From Candidatus Kerfeldbacteria bacterium (GTDB taxonomy: Bacteria; Patescibacteriota; Patescibacteriia; UBA10025; JAHIVO01), in the NCBI GenBank assembly GCA_016214565.1, contig JACROE010000002.1:344007-408006 (forward strand): 64,000 nt of DNA, written 5' to 3'. A program made the position numbers and the translations under genes. This document shows, piece by piece, positions 11,687 through 19,902 of this stretch (position 1 is the first letter of the stretch; every line of letters starts with the position of its first letter). Below the pieces are notes generated by a model. The model was not told the DNA's origin and did not search any database. It worked only from the letters and a program-made list of their open reading frames with translations.

Positions 11687-11810
11687 GGGCGACTAGCTCA
11701 GCTCCGACGCAAGGTCGGAGCCCCGACTTCCCGAAATTCGGGAACGTCGGGGATGGTTACCCGCTCGAACGACTGGCGTCGTCCAGTCGGGCGGGGAGCG
11801 CGTCGCGCTA
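11687..11810 (+). other. Duplicated tRNA-Ile 5' fragment (15 nt) followed by a cluster of GC-rich hairpins
   Basis: gggcgactagctcag at 11687-11702 is identical to nt 1-15 of tRNA-Ile at 11860. It is followed by hairpins ctccgac-gcaag-gtcggag, ccccgac-ttcccgaaattcgggaa-cgtcgggg and cgactgg-cgtcgt-ccagtcg. Confidence 0.6.
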
Positions 11811-11859
11811 GGATAAATAAAAAAACCAAGTGGCCATTTACATACTTTCTGCTGATCGC

Positions 11860-11936
11860 GGGCGACTAGCTCAGATGGTTAGAGCGCGTCACTGATAATG
11901 ACGAGGTCTCAGGTTCGATTCCTGAGTCGCCCACCA
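11860..11936 (+). tRNA. tRNA-Ile (anticodon GAT), CCA encoded
   Basis: Hand fold: acceptor gggcgac/gtcgccc, D arm gctc-agatggtta-gagc, anticodon arm cgtca-ctGATaa-tgacg, T arm tcagg-ttcgatt-cctga. Confidence 0.9.
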
Positions 11937-11973
11937 TCATTTCCAATCACACGTGTCCTCATTAAAAAATACC

Positions 11974-12070
11974 GAGCCTGCCCATGGGCAGGCGAGGAAA
12001 AGGAGAAATGTGTACGAAGGTGGAGTTGCCTGCTGAAAGCGGGAAACGGAACCGGAGTTACCATTTCGAC
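11974..12070 (+). repeat. Conserved ~100-nt tRNA-upstream element, copy A
   Basis: Hairpin gagcctgcccatgggcaggc, then gaggaaaaggaga, then acgaaggtggagt, a variable hairpin, then aaccggagttaccatttcgacgt ending at the +1 of a tRNA-like 5' half. It shares these blocks with copies at 21651 and 55702. Confidence 0.6.
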
Positions 12071-12114
12071 GTGCCTGGATAGCTCAGTGGTAGAGCGTCC
12101 GCCTCAGGCGGAGC
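12071..12114 (+). other. Orphan tRNA 5' half (acceptor plus D arm only) followed by a hairpin. No 3' half is present
   Basis: gcctggatagctcagtggtagagcg: the D arm tagctcagtggtagagcg is identical to the downstream tRNA-Phe but the acceptor differs. No anticodon or T arm could be folded. It is followed by the hairpin tccgcc-tca-ggcgga. Confidence 0.5.
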
Positions 12115-12145
12115 GTCACCTGTAAAATAGCCTTCTCCTCTCAGC

Positions 12146-12217
12146 GCCGCGGTAGCTCAGTGGTAGAGCGCAGCCCTGAAGAGGCTGGCGTCGTCAGTTC
12201 GATTCTGACCCGCGGCA
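12146..12217 (+). tRNA. tRNA-Phe (anticodon GAA), no CCA encoded
   Basis: Acceptor gccgcgg/ccgcggc, D arm gctc-agtggta-gagc, anticodon arm cagcc-ctGAAga-ggctg, T arm gtcag-ttcgatt-ctgac. Confidence 0.85.
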
Positions 12218-12304
12218 CTGAGAGGAGAAAGAGCGCCTTCTGCTATCCACGGACAACAAAAGCTCTCCAGGCACCACGCCTTCATCAGTTTCATCACCCG
12301 GCGA

Positions 12305-12673
12305 ATGAAGAAAATATATTACAACAAAGTCATTCGCGATAACATCCCACAGCGGATCGCTGCCGCGGGAGCGGATTACCATGTGCGTACGTTGCCGAAG
12401 AAAATATTTGAACGTGAACTGATTAAAAAAGTTGAAGAAGAGGCGAGTGCATTACCAAAAGCTAAGGATACCGCGGAGTTGGTCAGCGAACTCGCTGACG
12501 TAATGGAAGTCATTGCCGAAATCCAGAAACTTAAAAAAATCCGTTCAACCGATATTACACGGGCGCGCAAGGTAAATATGAAAAAGAAAGGCGGCTTCCG
12601 CAAACGATTATACTTATCCTGGGCAGAAGATAATGGGTACCGCACCAACGAAAAACGAAATGTTAAAAAATAA
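12305..12673 (+). CDS. MazG-like nucleoside triphosphate pyrophosphohydrolase (house-cleaning NTP-PPase family)
   Basis: YNKVIRDNIP...EL..KV.EE..E.....ELADVMEVI..I.....KKGGF.KRL is the small MazG/HisE-like all-alpha NTP-PPase pattern. Confidence 0.6.
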   Translation: MKKIYYNKVIRDNIPQRIAAAGADYHVRTLPKKIFERELIKKVEEEASALPKAKDTAELVSELADVMEVIAEIQKLKKIRSTDITRARKVNMKKKGGFRKRLYLSWAEDNGYRTNEKRNVKK

Positions 12674-12750
12674 CGGGGTGTAGCTCAGTTGGCTAGAGCG
12701 CTTGCTTTGGGAGCAAGAGGCCGCTGGTTCAAGTCCAGTCACCCCGACCA
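12674..12750 (+). tRNA. tRNA-Pro (anticodon TGG), CCA encoded
   Basis: Acceptor cggggtg/caccccg, anticodon arm cttgc-ttTGGga-gcaag, T arm gctgg-ttcaagt-ccagt. It lies immediately upstream of proC. Confidence 0.85.
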
Positions 12751-12767
12751 TAACATAATAGTAAGCG

Positions 12768-12807
12768 CCTCCGACGGTACCGTCGGAGGAGGCCGCTGGT
12801 TTCCGGC
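12768..12807 (+). repeat. Perfect 22-nt palindrome (cctccgacggt/accgtcggagg) followed by a tRNA-Pro variable/T-arm-like duplicate (aggccgctggtt)
   Basis: The stem ctccgac/gtcggag is the same core as the first hairpin after the tRNA-Ile fragment at 11703-11721. No T-run follows. Confidence 0.5.
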
Positions 12808-12845
12808 AAAGCCGAGATCTCGTCGTCCAAAATAAATCCGCCATC

Positions 12846-13643
12846 ATGAAACATACAATAGCCATCATTGGATGCGGAGAAATGGGTGAGCAAATTCTTG
12901 CTCGTCTTATCCAGAGCTATACTCCGGATGCTATTGTGATTACCCGAAAAAATAAAATACGGGGTGAAGCAATTGCTCAAAAGTATGGCGTCACATACTC
13001 GAGTTCAAACAGCACGGCGGTAACTAATGCCCAGATTATTTTTTTATGTATTAAGCCTCAGGATTTCAAGGGTGTCCTCCTAGAAATTGCCCCCCATGTT
13101 GCTGCACCCATAATTATTAGCATTGCCGCAGCCATCTCTCAATCATACATCATGAGTCAAATACCAAGGGCGGTGGTACTCCGATATATGCCGTCTCCAT
13201 TGATTGCTGAGCGAAAAGGGGTGGCGTTACTGGTGCGCGATAAACAGAATGGACAAAGAACAAAACAAATCATCTCACAACTCAACGCTTGGTCATCAAT
13301 GCTTCAAACCATTCCTGATAAAGATATGCATATCTACACCGTGCTTGCGTCATGCGGCAGCGCCTTCGTGGCAGCGTTACTACTTAAAATTTTTGCCGTC
13401 ATTGGAGATTCCCCCACACATAAAAAAATCCTGACAAAAGTAATTAATGACACGATTATATCTCTGGTAAAGAAGCCGACCGTTCAATGGAGAAAAATGG
13501 TCGCACACGCTTCTACCCCCGGAGGGGTCACTGCTAAAGGGATTCAAGTAATTAATAGCAAAGCGACGACGTTCCTCATCAAAAAGGTTATCCGAAATGC
13601 AGTGCGGCAATCCCAACGAATTCAAAAAAAATCCGAACAATAA
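12846..13643 (+). CDS. proC: Pyrroline-5-carboxylate reductase
   Basis: IAIIGCGEMGEQI (Rossmann GxGxxG) ... YGV ... IIFLCIKPQDF ... LLEI. The length and motif order match ProC. Confidence 0.7.
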   Translation: MKHTIAIIGCGEMGEQILARLIQSYTPDAIVITRKNKIRGEAIAQKYGVTYSSSNSTAVTNAQIIFLCIKPQDFKGVLLEIAPHVAAPIIISIAAAISQSYIMSQIPRAVVLRYMPSPLIAERKGVALLVRDKQNGQRTKQIISQLNAWSSMLQTIPDKDMHIYTVLASCGSAFVAALLLKIFAVIGDSPTHKKILTKVINDTIISLVKKPTVQWRKMVAHASTPGGVTAKGIQVINSKATTFLIKKVIRNAVRQSQRIQKKSEQ

Positions 13644-13656
13644 TTAACAAACTCAT

Positions 13657-14013
13657 ATGACCGACCAACTCACCACGAAACGGTGCATCCCGTGTGAAGG
13701 CGGTATCCCGCCCCTCAACGACGCAGAAATAAAGAAACTCATGCCACAGGTGCCTGGCTGGTCTGTCACCATGACCAAACAGAAATCGCGGGACGTCCAG
13801 GCGCTGACCAAAGAATTCACCTTCAACAATTTCCGGGCAGCCATGGCTTTCCTGCGCCAGGTGGAGGAACTTGCTGAATCCGAAGGCCATCATCCTGATT
13901 TCTCAGTGCATTACAATCGCGTCGTTTTTATCATCTGGACTCATGCTATTCGTGGGCTGCATGAGAATGACTTCATCCTGGCCGCCAAGATTGATCAGCT
14001 TATTACTGGGTAA
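13657..14013 (+). CDS. Pterin-4a-carbinolamine dehydratase (PCD/DCoH)
   Basis: C.PC.GG...L...E...L......W......L...F.F.NF.AA.AF...V...AE.EGHHPD..V.YN.V...WTH...GL..ND...A..ID. Confidence 0.8.
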   Translation: MTDQLTTKRCIPCEGGIPPLNDAEIKKLMPQVPGWSVTMTKQKSRDVQALTKEFTFNNFRAAMAFLRQVEELAESEGHHPDFSVHYNRVVFIIWTHAIRGLHENDFILAAKIDQLITG

Positions 14014-14124
14014 AACCACCCAAATAGCCCAAATTCGGCTATCCACAATTCATCCAAAGCCCCAAAAAAGGCCCCCCTTGACTAATAGGGGGTCTTCCGG
14101 TATACTGGTTTTTCAAATACTTTT

Positions 14125-15798
14125 ATGAAAGTAACAAGCGAACCTGCTGAAGGAGACCCTTCGCATAGTAGCCAGTCAGAAACGCTCGACTCGCTGAAAG
14201 CAGCAGTCATGCAGAAAAGCCCGATCTTGGCTGAAATAGTCCAGGAGCACGGCAATAAAAACTTACGATCCTACACGCGTAATTTCTTGGAGTTTTCGGG
14301 GATGCCCCAGCTGGACGCACGTCGCTCCGAGCTGATTTCAGTTACCCGTGAGTTGGTTGGACAACGCCTCGGTGACTCAGTCGGCGAAGCAGTGGCACAA
14401 CAATTACGTGACTACCCACTGGTATCAACCACTGACCATCATGGTCCGATTGACCATCCTTTTTTCGTGAATGCAAATCTGATTGGTGCGCTTTCCTATG
14501 ACCGCGAGCGAGACGCTACATTAAATCATCTGGTAGTCTTTTCATTTGCCTCGGTATCAGTCAATAACGCCTCAGCCTATCCCCGTGGACTGTTGGTCCA
14601 TGGTGGCATGAATGGCTCAGGCAACCTCTTACGTATTCCAATTTTACCTGATAAAGAAAAGATGGGCGTGGTCTGGAAAACACGCGCCTATACTGCCGCT
14701 GATATTGCTCGAGCGCATCAGCTATTGGATAAAAAACTCCAATCAAACGATATCATGCCCGAACGGCATACAGCTGTAAAAAAAGTTGTTGATGATTTCT
14801 TTGCCGACTCCGAAGTATTGTCAGAACCGGATCTCAATGCGCAGATTACCCAACTCAATTATAAACTCTGGCCACAATTGTTCCGCAATGAACATCAATC
14901 AACCTCAGCCACACCTGATCTTGTCTATTTAGAAATCGAAACGCTCGTGACGGAATTACTCACCCGCTTCCATTTCAATAATCCCGAATCCCCACTCTAC
15001 CGACTCTTATTTGAAAAATCTGATCGTGATGCCGCTCTCGAACACTGTGACGGTATCCCGGGTGGATTTAATAATGCCCAAGCGACGGGTACGCATTTCT
15101 TCTGGGCCTTGAATGACCGCGCTCATCGAAAACGTATGGCACTGGAAGGTGATACCTTACACGCCGCGGACATGGATCTGCATGTACCGCTCACCCCAGA
15201 AGCAATTACTGAAGGATTGCGCACCAAACAACTGATGCCCAGCATGTTACTGTGTTACCAAGTAGTTGCATTGTACTATGGCATGAAATGTCTCGGTGGA
15301 TTCTCCCAGGTCTCTGACCTCACCCGCACCAAAGCCGCCTGGATCAAAGTACTTGAGAATGCCGGATTGGCAAATGAGGCGGCTCAGGCTGCCACTATCC
15401 CCACCGCCACCTATGGCGGCGACGGATTAGTGCTCGCCTATCTCCAAACCATCAGCGGCTCGCTGGTTCCGGCCACAGGTATCGACATGCTGCTTGGTGA
15501 AGGCACCGCCAGCTTAGAACATTTCCGAGCACTGGCGGAAAAGGTGACACTCAATGAAATGCTGTATGCTATGCTTCCCGAAATCTATTCCGTCTTCTAC
15601 ACTGCCGAGCAGCGTGATGCCGCACTCCAGGCGATTACGCCTGAGCAAATCCTGGAGCAGACCGGCCTCCGTGCCAAATTAACTCTGGGCGCTCAGACGA
15701 TGCGAACGGCACCAGCTACCGCAACGATTGAAGTGCCAATACGCAATGCAGTGCCAGCAAAAACATCTCCTTTGCCACAAGTAGAAACCACGTCTTGA
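14125..15798 (+). CDS. Hypothetical protein (557 aa), no recognisable domain
   Basis: Long ORF with uniform coding character. No motif I can name. Confidence 0.5.
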   Translation: MKVTSEPAEGDPSHSSQSETLDSLKAAVMQKSPILAEIVQEHGNKNLRSYTRNFLEFSGMPQLDARRSELISVTRELVGQRLGDSVGEAVAQQLRDYPLVSTTDHHGPIDHPFFVNANLIGALSYDRERDATLNHLVVFSFASVSVNNASAYPRGLLVHGGMNGSGNLLRIPILPDKEKMGVVWKTRAYTAADIARAHQLLDKKLQSNDIMPERHTAVKKVVDDFFADSEVLSEPDLNAQITQLNYKLWPQLFRNEHQSTSATPDLVYLEIETLVTELLTRFHFNNPESPLYRLLFEKSDRDAALEHCDGIPGGFNNAQATGTHFFWALNDRAHRKRMALEGDTLHAADMDLHVPLTPEAITEGLRTKQLMPSMLLCYQVVALYYGMKCLGGFSQVSDLTRTKAAWIKVLENAGLANEAAQAATIPTATYGGDGLVLAYLQTISGSLVPATGIDMLLGEGTASLEHFRALAEKVTLNEMLYAMLPEIYSVFYTAEQRDAALQAITPEQILEQTGLRAKLTLGAQTMRTAPATATIEVPIRNAVPAKTSPLPQVETTS

Positions 15799-15841
15799 CG
15801 CCAGTGGTTTTTCGCCGTACAGTACAGCATACGGAAAACGT

Positions 15842-16168
15842 ATGACTGGCAATTTTTACCAACGCGTCTATCAGATCGTTCCACAAATTCCGAAAGGGAA
15901 GGTGGCCACCTACGGCCAGATCGCGGGCCTGATCGGCTCGCCCCGCGCCGCCCGTATGGTTGGTTGGGCACTGCATGCGATCGATACGACAGGATTGGAT
16001 GCACTACCCTGGCAACGAGTGATCAATCGCGAAGGCCGGATCAGTACCACCTGTGAGACGCACGACTGCCACGAGCAAGCAGCGCTACTGAAAAAAGATG
16101 GTGTCGCGGTAACCAAGCGCCAAGGCAACTATTACATTGACCTGAACCAATATCTCTGGGATCCTTAA
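15842..16168 (+). CDS. Alkyltransferase-like protein (MGMT/Ogt DNA-binding domain lacking the active-site cysteine)
   Basis: VYQIVPQIPKGKVATYGQIAGLIGSPRAARMVGWAL fits the O6-alkylguanine transferase DNA-binding domain. PWQRVIN stands in the place of the catalytic PCHRV motif. Confidence 0.7.
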   Translation: MTGNFYQRVYQIVPQIPKGKVATYGQIAGLIGSPRAARMVGWALHAIDTTGLDALPWQRVINREGRISTTCETHDCHEQAALLKKDGVAVTKRQGNYYIDLNQYLWDP

Positions 16169-16272
16169 CAACATCCCTGCATGCCGAGCTTCGGATTTAT
16201 TCCGAGCGAGGCATACAACTAAAGGGAAAAAGAGTAATGAGGAATAACCGTAGGTGTTTCCTCATAACACGT

Positions 16273-16346
16273 GCGGGTATGGTATAGCGGTATTACCTCA
16301 GCTTTCCAAGCTGATGAGAGGGGTTCGACTCCCCTTACCCGCTCCA
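16273..16346 (+). tRNA. tRNA-Gly (anticodon TCC), CCA encoded
   Basis: Acceptor gcgggta/tacccgc, anticodon arm tcagc-ttTCCaa-gctga, T arm agggg-ttcgact-cccct. Confidence 0.8.
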
Positions 16347-16349
16347 ACA

Positions 16350-16378
16350 AAAAACAAGGCAATCAAGCCTTGTTTTTT
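16350..16378. terminator. Bidirectional rho-independent terminator
   Basis: aaaaa-caaggc-aatcaa-gccttg-tttttt lies between tRNA-Gly (+) and the end of the minus-strand glycosyltransferase gene. Confidence 0.6.
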
Positions 16379-17457
16379 GATTCCCCAATTAATATTTCTA
16401 TCCAATGTTCCAGTGAATCGGCGAATGCTTCCAGTGAGTACCGTTTTATCGCGGCGGGGATATGTTGTCGATCTAGTTGCATGGCTTCTCTGACTGCTCG
16501 GACAAAAGTTGGCACCTCGGCATCCATACTTACTAAACGACCGACTGAGGGGGTAATTACATCAGATATTCCACCCGCCGGAGTTCCCACCACGGGCGTA
16601 CCGCATGCCAGAGACGCCATGACCGTACCGGGAATACCTTCCGGGGATAGATAAGGTGCGAGCATAACGCTAGCACTGCCGATCACCTGAGCAAATGCCC
16701 GATCAGGTAAAAATCCGTGATAAGACCACTGTAATTGAGGATACGGCTCAACACACTGCATAAAGTATTCAGGATCTTGTTTCCTGCCACAAATATCCAA
16801 TGGCAGGGCAAGACGATGGGCGACCGCCGTTGCTATATGAAGCCCCTTTTCTCTATAAATCCGAGCTGCCCATATCAGCCGTCGCTGAGGATTCAGTGAA
16901 GGCCGAAATATTGCAGTATCCACGGTAGTACCAATAGGAAAAATAGTCGGATGGGTAACTTGGGGATAGCTGGCCGCCTGTGACTTACTTAAAAACGCAA
17001 TCTGATCAGGGGAGCGCCGATAAGCAGCTCGCAATGCCCGATCAATACTGTGGTTTTGCGACCCCACCGTAACAATATGGCCGACGGGAGTGGTAAAATG
17101 AACCGAGGCTTGATATGCGGGGATGTCATATTGTAGGCCAATGATGCAATCAAACCGATTCTGGACCAAGCGCGCGGCTTCCCACATTGCCACCACGGCA
17201 TTTCCCGATGGATACATCGGCTCTGTCTGACGCGATATCTTGGTGGCGTCAAATGGTGGCGTTCCGGCCACGGTTATAATCGTGGCGTCAATTCCAGTAC
17301 TCCCCGGGAGTGCCATAACCGTAATGTGATACCTTCGCTTGCCTAATGCACGTATCATGTCTCGAATCCGGCGCTCCACACCTCCATTTTCACCAGATCC
17401 AATTGGACCAAGCGCTGGCGCAATCAACAAAATGCGTTTTTTCTGAAGTGAAGTCAT
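16363..17457 (-). CDS. GT4-family (GT-B) glycosyltransferase
   Basis: C-terminal E..G....EA.ACGTPVVGT.AGG..DVI is the GT4 motif. N-terminal RILLIAP with a glycine-rich stretch. Confidence 0.65.
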   Translation of the reverse strand: MTSLQKKRILLIAPALGPIGSGENGGVERRIRDMIRALGKRRYHITVMALPGSTGIDATIITVAGTPPFDATKISRQTEPMYPSGNAVVAMWEAARLVQNRFDCIIGLQYDIPAYQASVHFTTPVGHIVTVGSQNHSIDRALRAAYRRSPDQIAFLSKSQAASYPQVTHPTIFPIGTTVDTAIFRPSLNPQRRLIWAARIYREKGLHIATAVAHRLALPLDICGRKQDPEYFMQCVEPYPQLQWSYHGFLPDRAFAQVIGSASVMLAPYLSPEGIPGTVMASLACGTPVVGTPAGGISDVITPSVGRLVSMDAEVPTFVRAVREAMQLDRQHIPAAIKRYSLEAFADSLEHWIEILIGESKNKA

Positions 17458-17629
17458 ACCCTCATCCTACTCCAGCGTCGTAAAATCGTACAATCATGCA
17501 TTTTGACGAACCTGTCCACATAATGCAAATCATTATCGGCGATCCAGGAACAGAGCTATGTGCTACAATGGGTAGTACGGAAAACGATTTGCTCTTACCT
17601 TAGCACCGGAAAAGGTCAAGACTTGATCA

Positions 17630-17678
17630 AAACTACATATAGTGGTATCATTACCTCTAGCGACACTACATCTTGTGT
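17630..17678 (+). promoter_or_regulatory. Two NrdR-box-like 16-mers about 33 bp apart, upstream of nrdD
   Basis: aaactacatatagtgg at 17630-17645 and acactacatcttgtgt at 17663-17678. They are 12/16 identical to each other and resemble the NrdR consensus acaCwAtATaTwGtgt. An extended -10 tgctacaat lies at about 17565. Confidence 0.35.
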
Positions 17679-17741
17679 GCATAGGCTTGATTCGTGCCGC
17701 TGCAAATTTTACATCAATAAATACTAACAAAAATCATCACT

Positions 17742-19889
17742 ATGTTTACCAAGATACGTAAGCGGGATGGACGCGTCGTCGCCTTTGATCCCGAGCGAAT
17801 TGTGAACGCCATAACCAAAGCAGGCCAAGTAACTGGCGAATTCGACCGCGAGGTAGCGAAACATCTCACCTTACGCGTCTTAAGCGTGGCTGATCAAGTC
17901 ATCAACGGTGATGGCATCCCATCGGTTGAACAGATTCAGGACATTGTTGAAGAAACACTACTCTCCTCAATGTACAAAAAAACAGCCAAAGCCTATATCA
18001 TCTACCGAGAGCAACATTCTAAAATGCGCGAAATTGCCGACACCGCCCACGTCAATCTGGTTGACCAATACCTAGATGAACTCGACTGGCAGGTGAATGA
18101 GAATAGTAACATGTCCTTCTCCTTACAGGGACTCAATAATTACATCTCGTCGGAAATTAGCAAAATTTATTGGCTGAACAAAATTTACCCCAAAGAAGTG
18201 CGTGATGCGCATACCAGTGGCGATTTTCACATGCATGATTTGAATATTTTATCGGTTTATTGTGTCGGCTGGGATCTCTACGACCTGATGAGCCAGGGTT
18301 TCCGTGGTGTCGCCGGAAAAATTGAAAGCAAAGCACCAAAGCATCTTCGTTCTGCCATGGGGCAAGTCGTAAATTTCTTCTACACCCTGCAGGGTGAAGC
18401 AGCTGGCGCTCAAGCGTTTTCAAATTTCGATACCTTACTCGCCCCGTTCATCCGCTATGACAAGCTGACCTATAAGGAAGTAAAGCAAGTCATTCAGGAA
18501 TTCCTTTTCAATATCAATGTCCCAACCCGCGTCGGCTTCCAAACACCTTTCACCAATATCACTCTGGACTTCACCGTACCCTCGACCTTTGCGGAGCAAC
18601 CAGTGATCATTGGCGGGGTACCGCAGAAAGAGCAATACAAAGATTTCCAAAAAGAAATGGACATCTTCAATAAAGCGCTGCTCGAAGTTATGCTCGAGGG
18701 TGACGCCAAAGGCCGCGTCTTCACCTTCCCCATCCCGACCTACAATATCACTAAAGACTTTGACTGGGAGAGCCCGATTGCCGATCTGCTCTGGAAAATT
18801 TCCGGCAAGTACGGCATTCCCTATTTCTCCAACTTCATCAATTCAGACATGAGCCCAGAGGACGCTCGCTCCATGTGCTGCCGCTTGCGCCTCGATAATC
18901 GCCAACTGGAAAAACGCGGCGGCGGACTCTTTGGTGCGCACCCCCTCACCGGTTCAATTGGTGTCGTCACGATAAATCTGCCGCGCCTGGGCTTCACCTC
19001 GCGGAATGAAGAAGAATTCATCACCAACCTTGAGCGGTTGATGGATATTGCCAAGAACAGCCTAGAAATCAAGCGAAAAATCCTCGAACGCTTCACGGAA
19101 AAAGGCCTCTACCCGTATACCAAATACTACCTGCGCCACATGCGTGAACGATTTAATGAATACTGGAAAAACCACTTCTCTACCATCGGCCTCGTCGGCA
19201 TGAACGAAGCGGCGGTCAATCTGTTGGGCAAAGATATCGGCACCGAAGAAGGGCACGCTTTTGCCGAACGAATTCTCTCCTTCATGCGCGACCGATTGGT
19301 TTCCTACCAGAAAGAAACGGGAAACAACTACAACCTTGAGGCTACCCCAGCCGAAGGCACCTCCTACCGATTGGCGAAAAAGGATAAAGAAAAATATCCA
19401 ACCATCATCGCGGCGAATGAGGCAGACTATCAGAATAACGCCGAACCATTCTATACCAATTCGACTCATTTACCAGTCAATTACACACACGACATGTTTG
19501 AGGTGCTCGACCTGCAGGACTCACTGCAAACCAAATACACCGGCGGTACCGTCATCCACCTCTTCCTGGGCGAACAAATCACTGATGGAAATGCCGTGAA
19601 ATCAATGGTGAAGAAAATCTGCGAAACCTATCGACTACCCTATTTTACCTTTACCCCTACCTTCAGCGTCTGTCCCACCCATGGATACTTAAGTGGTGAA
19701 CATCCTACCTGCCCTTCCTGCACCGCTCAATGTGAAGTGTACTCCCGTGTGGTTGGCTATCTCCGACCAGTTCAACAGTGGAACAAAGGCAAGAAAGAGG
19801 AGTTTAAGAACCGAACTATGATCCAGCCAGCGGTAGCGCCGCAAGTAAAAACCCCAACGGCTAAAGTACCGGTGACGGCCAACAGTTAA
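17742..19889 (+). CDS. nrdD: Anaerobic (class III) ribonucleoside-triphosphate reductase
   Basis: N-terminal ATP-cone (IRKRDGRVVAFDPERIVNAI). C-terminal zinc ribbon CPTHG...CPSC and glycyl-radical motif RVVGY. Confidence 0.85.
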   Translation: MFTKIRKRDGRVVAFDPERIVNAITKAGQVTGEFDREVAKHLTLRVLSVADQVINGDGIPSVEQIQDIVEETLLSSMYKKTAKAYIIYREQHSKMREIADTAHVNLVDQYLDELDWQVNENSNMSFSLQGLNNYISSEISKIYWLNKIYPKEVRDAHTSGDFHMHDLNILSVYCVGWDLYDLMSQGFRGVAGKIESKAPKHLRSAMGQVVNFFYTLQGEAAGAQAFSNFDTLLAPFIRYDKLTYKEVKQVIQEFLFNINVPTRVGFQTPFTNITLDFTVPSTFAEQPVIIGGVPQKEQYKDFQKEMDIFNKALLEVMLEGDAKGRVFTFPIPTYNITKDFDWESPIADLLWKISGKYGIPYFSNFINSDMSPEDARSMCCRLRLDNRQLEKRGGGLFGAHPLTGSIGVVTINLPRLGFTSRNEEEFITNLERLMDIAKNSLEIKRKILERFTEKGLYPYTKYYLRHMRERFNEYWKNHFSTIGLVGMNEAAVNLLGKDIGTEEGHAFAERILSFMRDRLVSYQKETGNNYNLEATPAEGTSYRLAKKDKEKYPTIIAANEADYQNNAEPFYTNSTHLPVNYTHDMFEVLDLQDSLQTKYTGGTVIHLFLGEQITDGNAVKSMVKKICETYRLPYFTFTPTFSVCPTHGYLSGEHPTCPSCTAQCEVYSRVVGYLRPVQQWNKGKKEEFKNRTMIQPAVAPQVKTPTAKVPVTANS

Positions 19890-19902
19890 TCGTCCGACTG
19901 CC

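Noticed and set aside
11687-11936. Interpreting the tRNA-Ile 5' fragment, hairpins and downstream tRNA as a single tRNA gene interrupted by a group I intron
   Set aside because: The downstream tRNA-Ile is complete on its own with canonical arms, so the upstream 15-mer is a duplicate, not a 5' exon.
11991-12076. A Shine-Dalgarno-like aaggagaaATG inside the conserved tRNA-upstream element, suggesting a leader peptide
   Set aside because: The reading frame is not conserved between copies A and B (1-nt indel after the ATG), and copy C has no ATG. The element is RNA-level rather than peptide-coding.
12160-12342. 60-aa ORFs on both strands overlapping tRNA-Phe
   Set aside because: They overlap a well-folded tRNA and have no coding signal.
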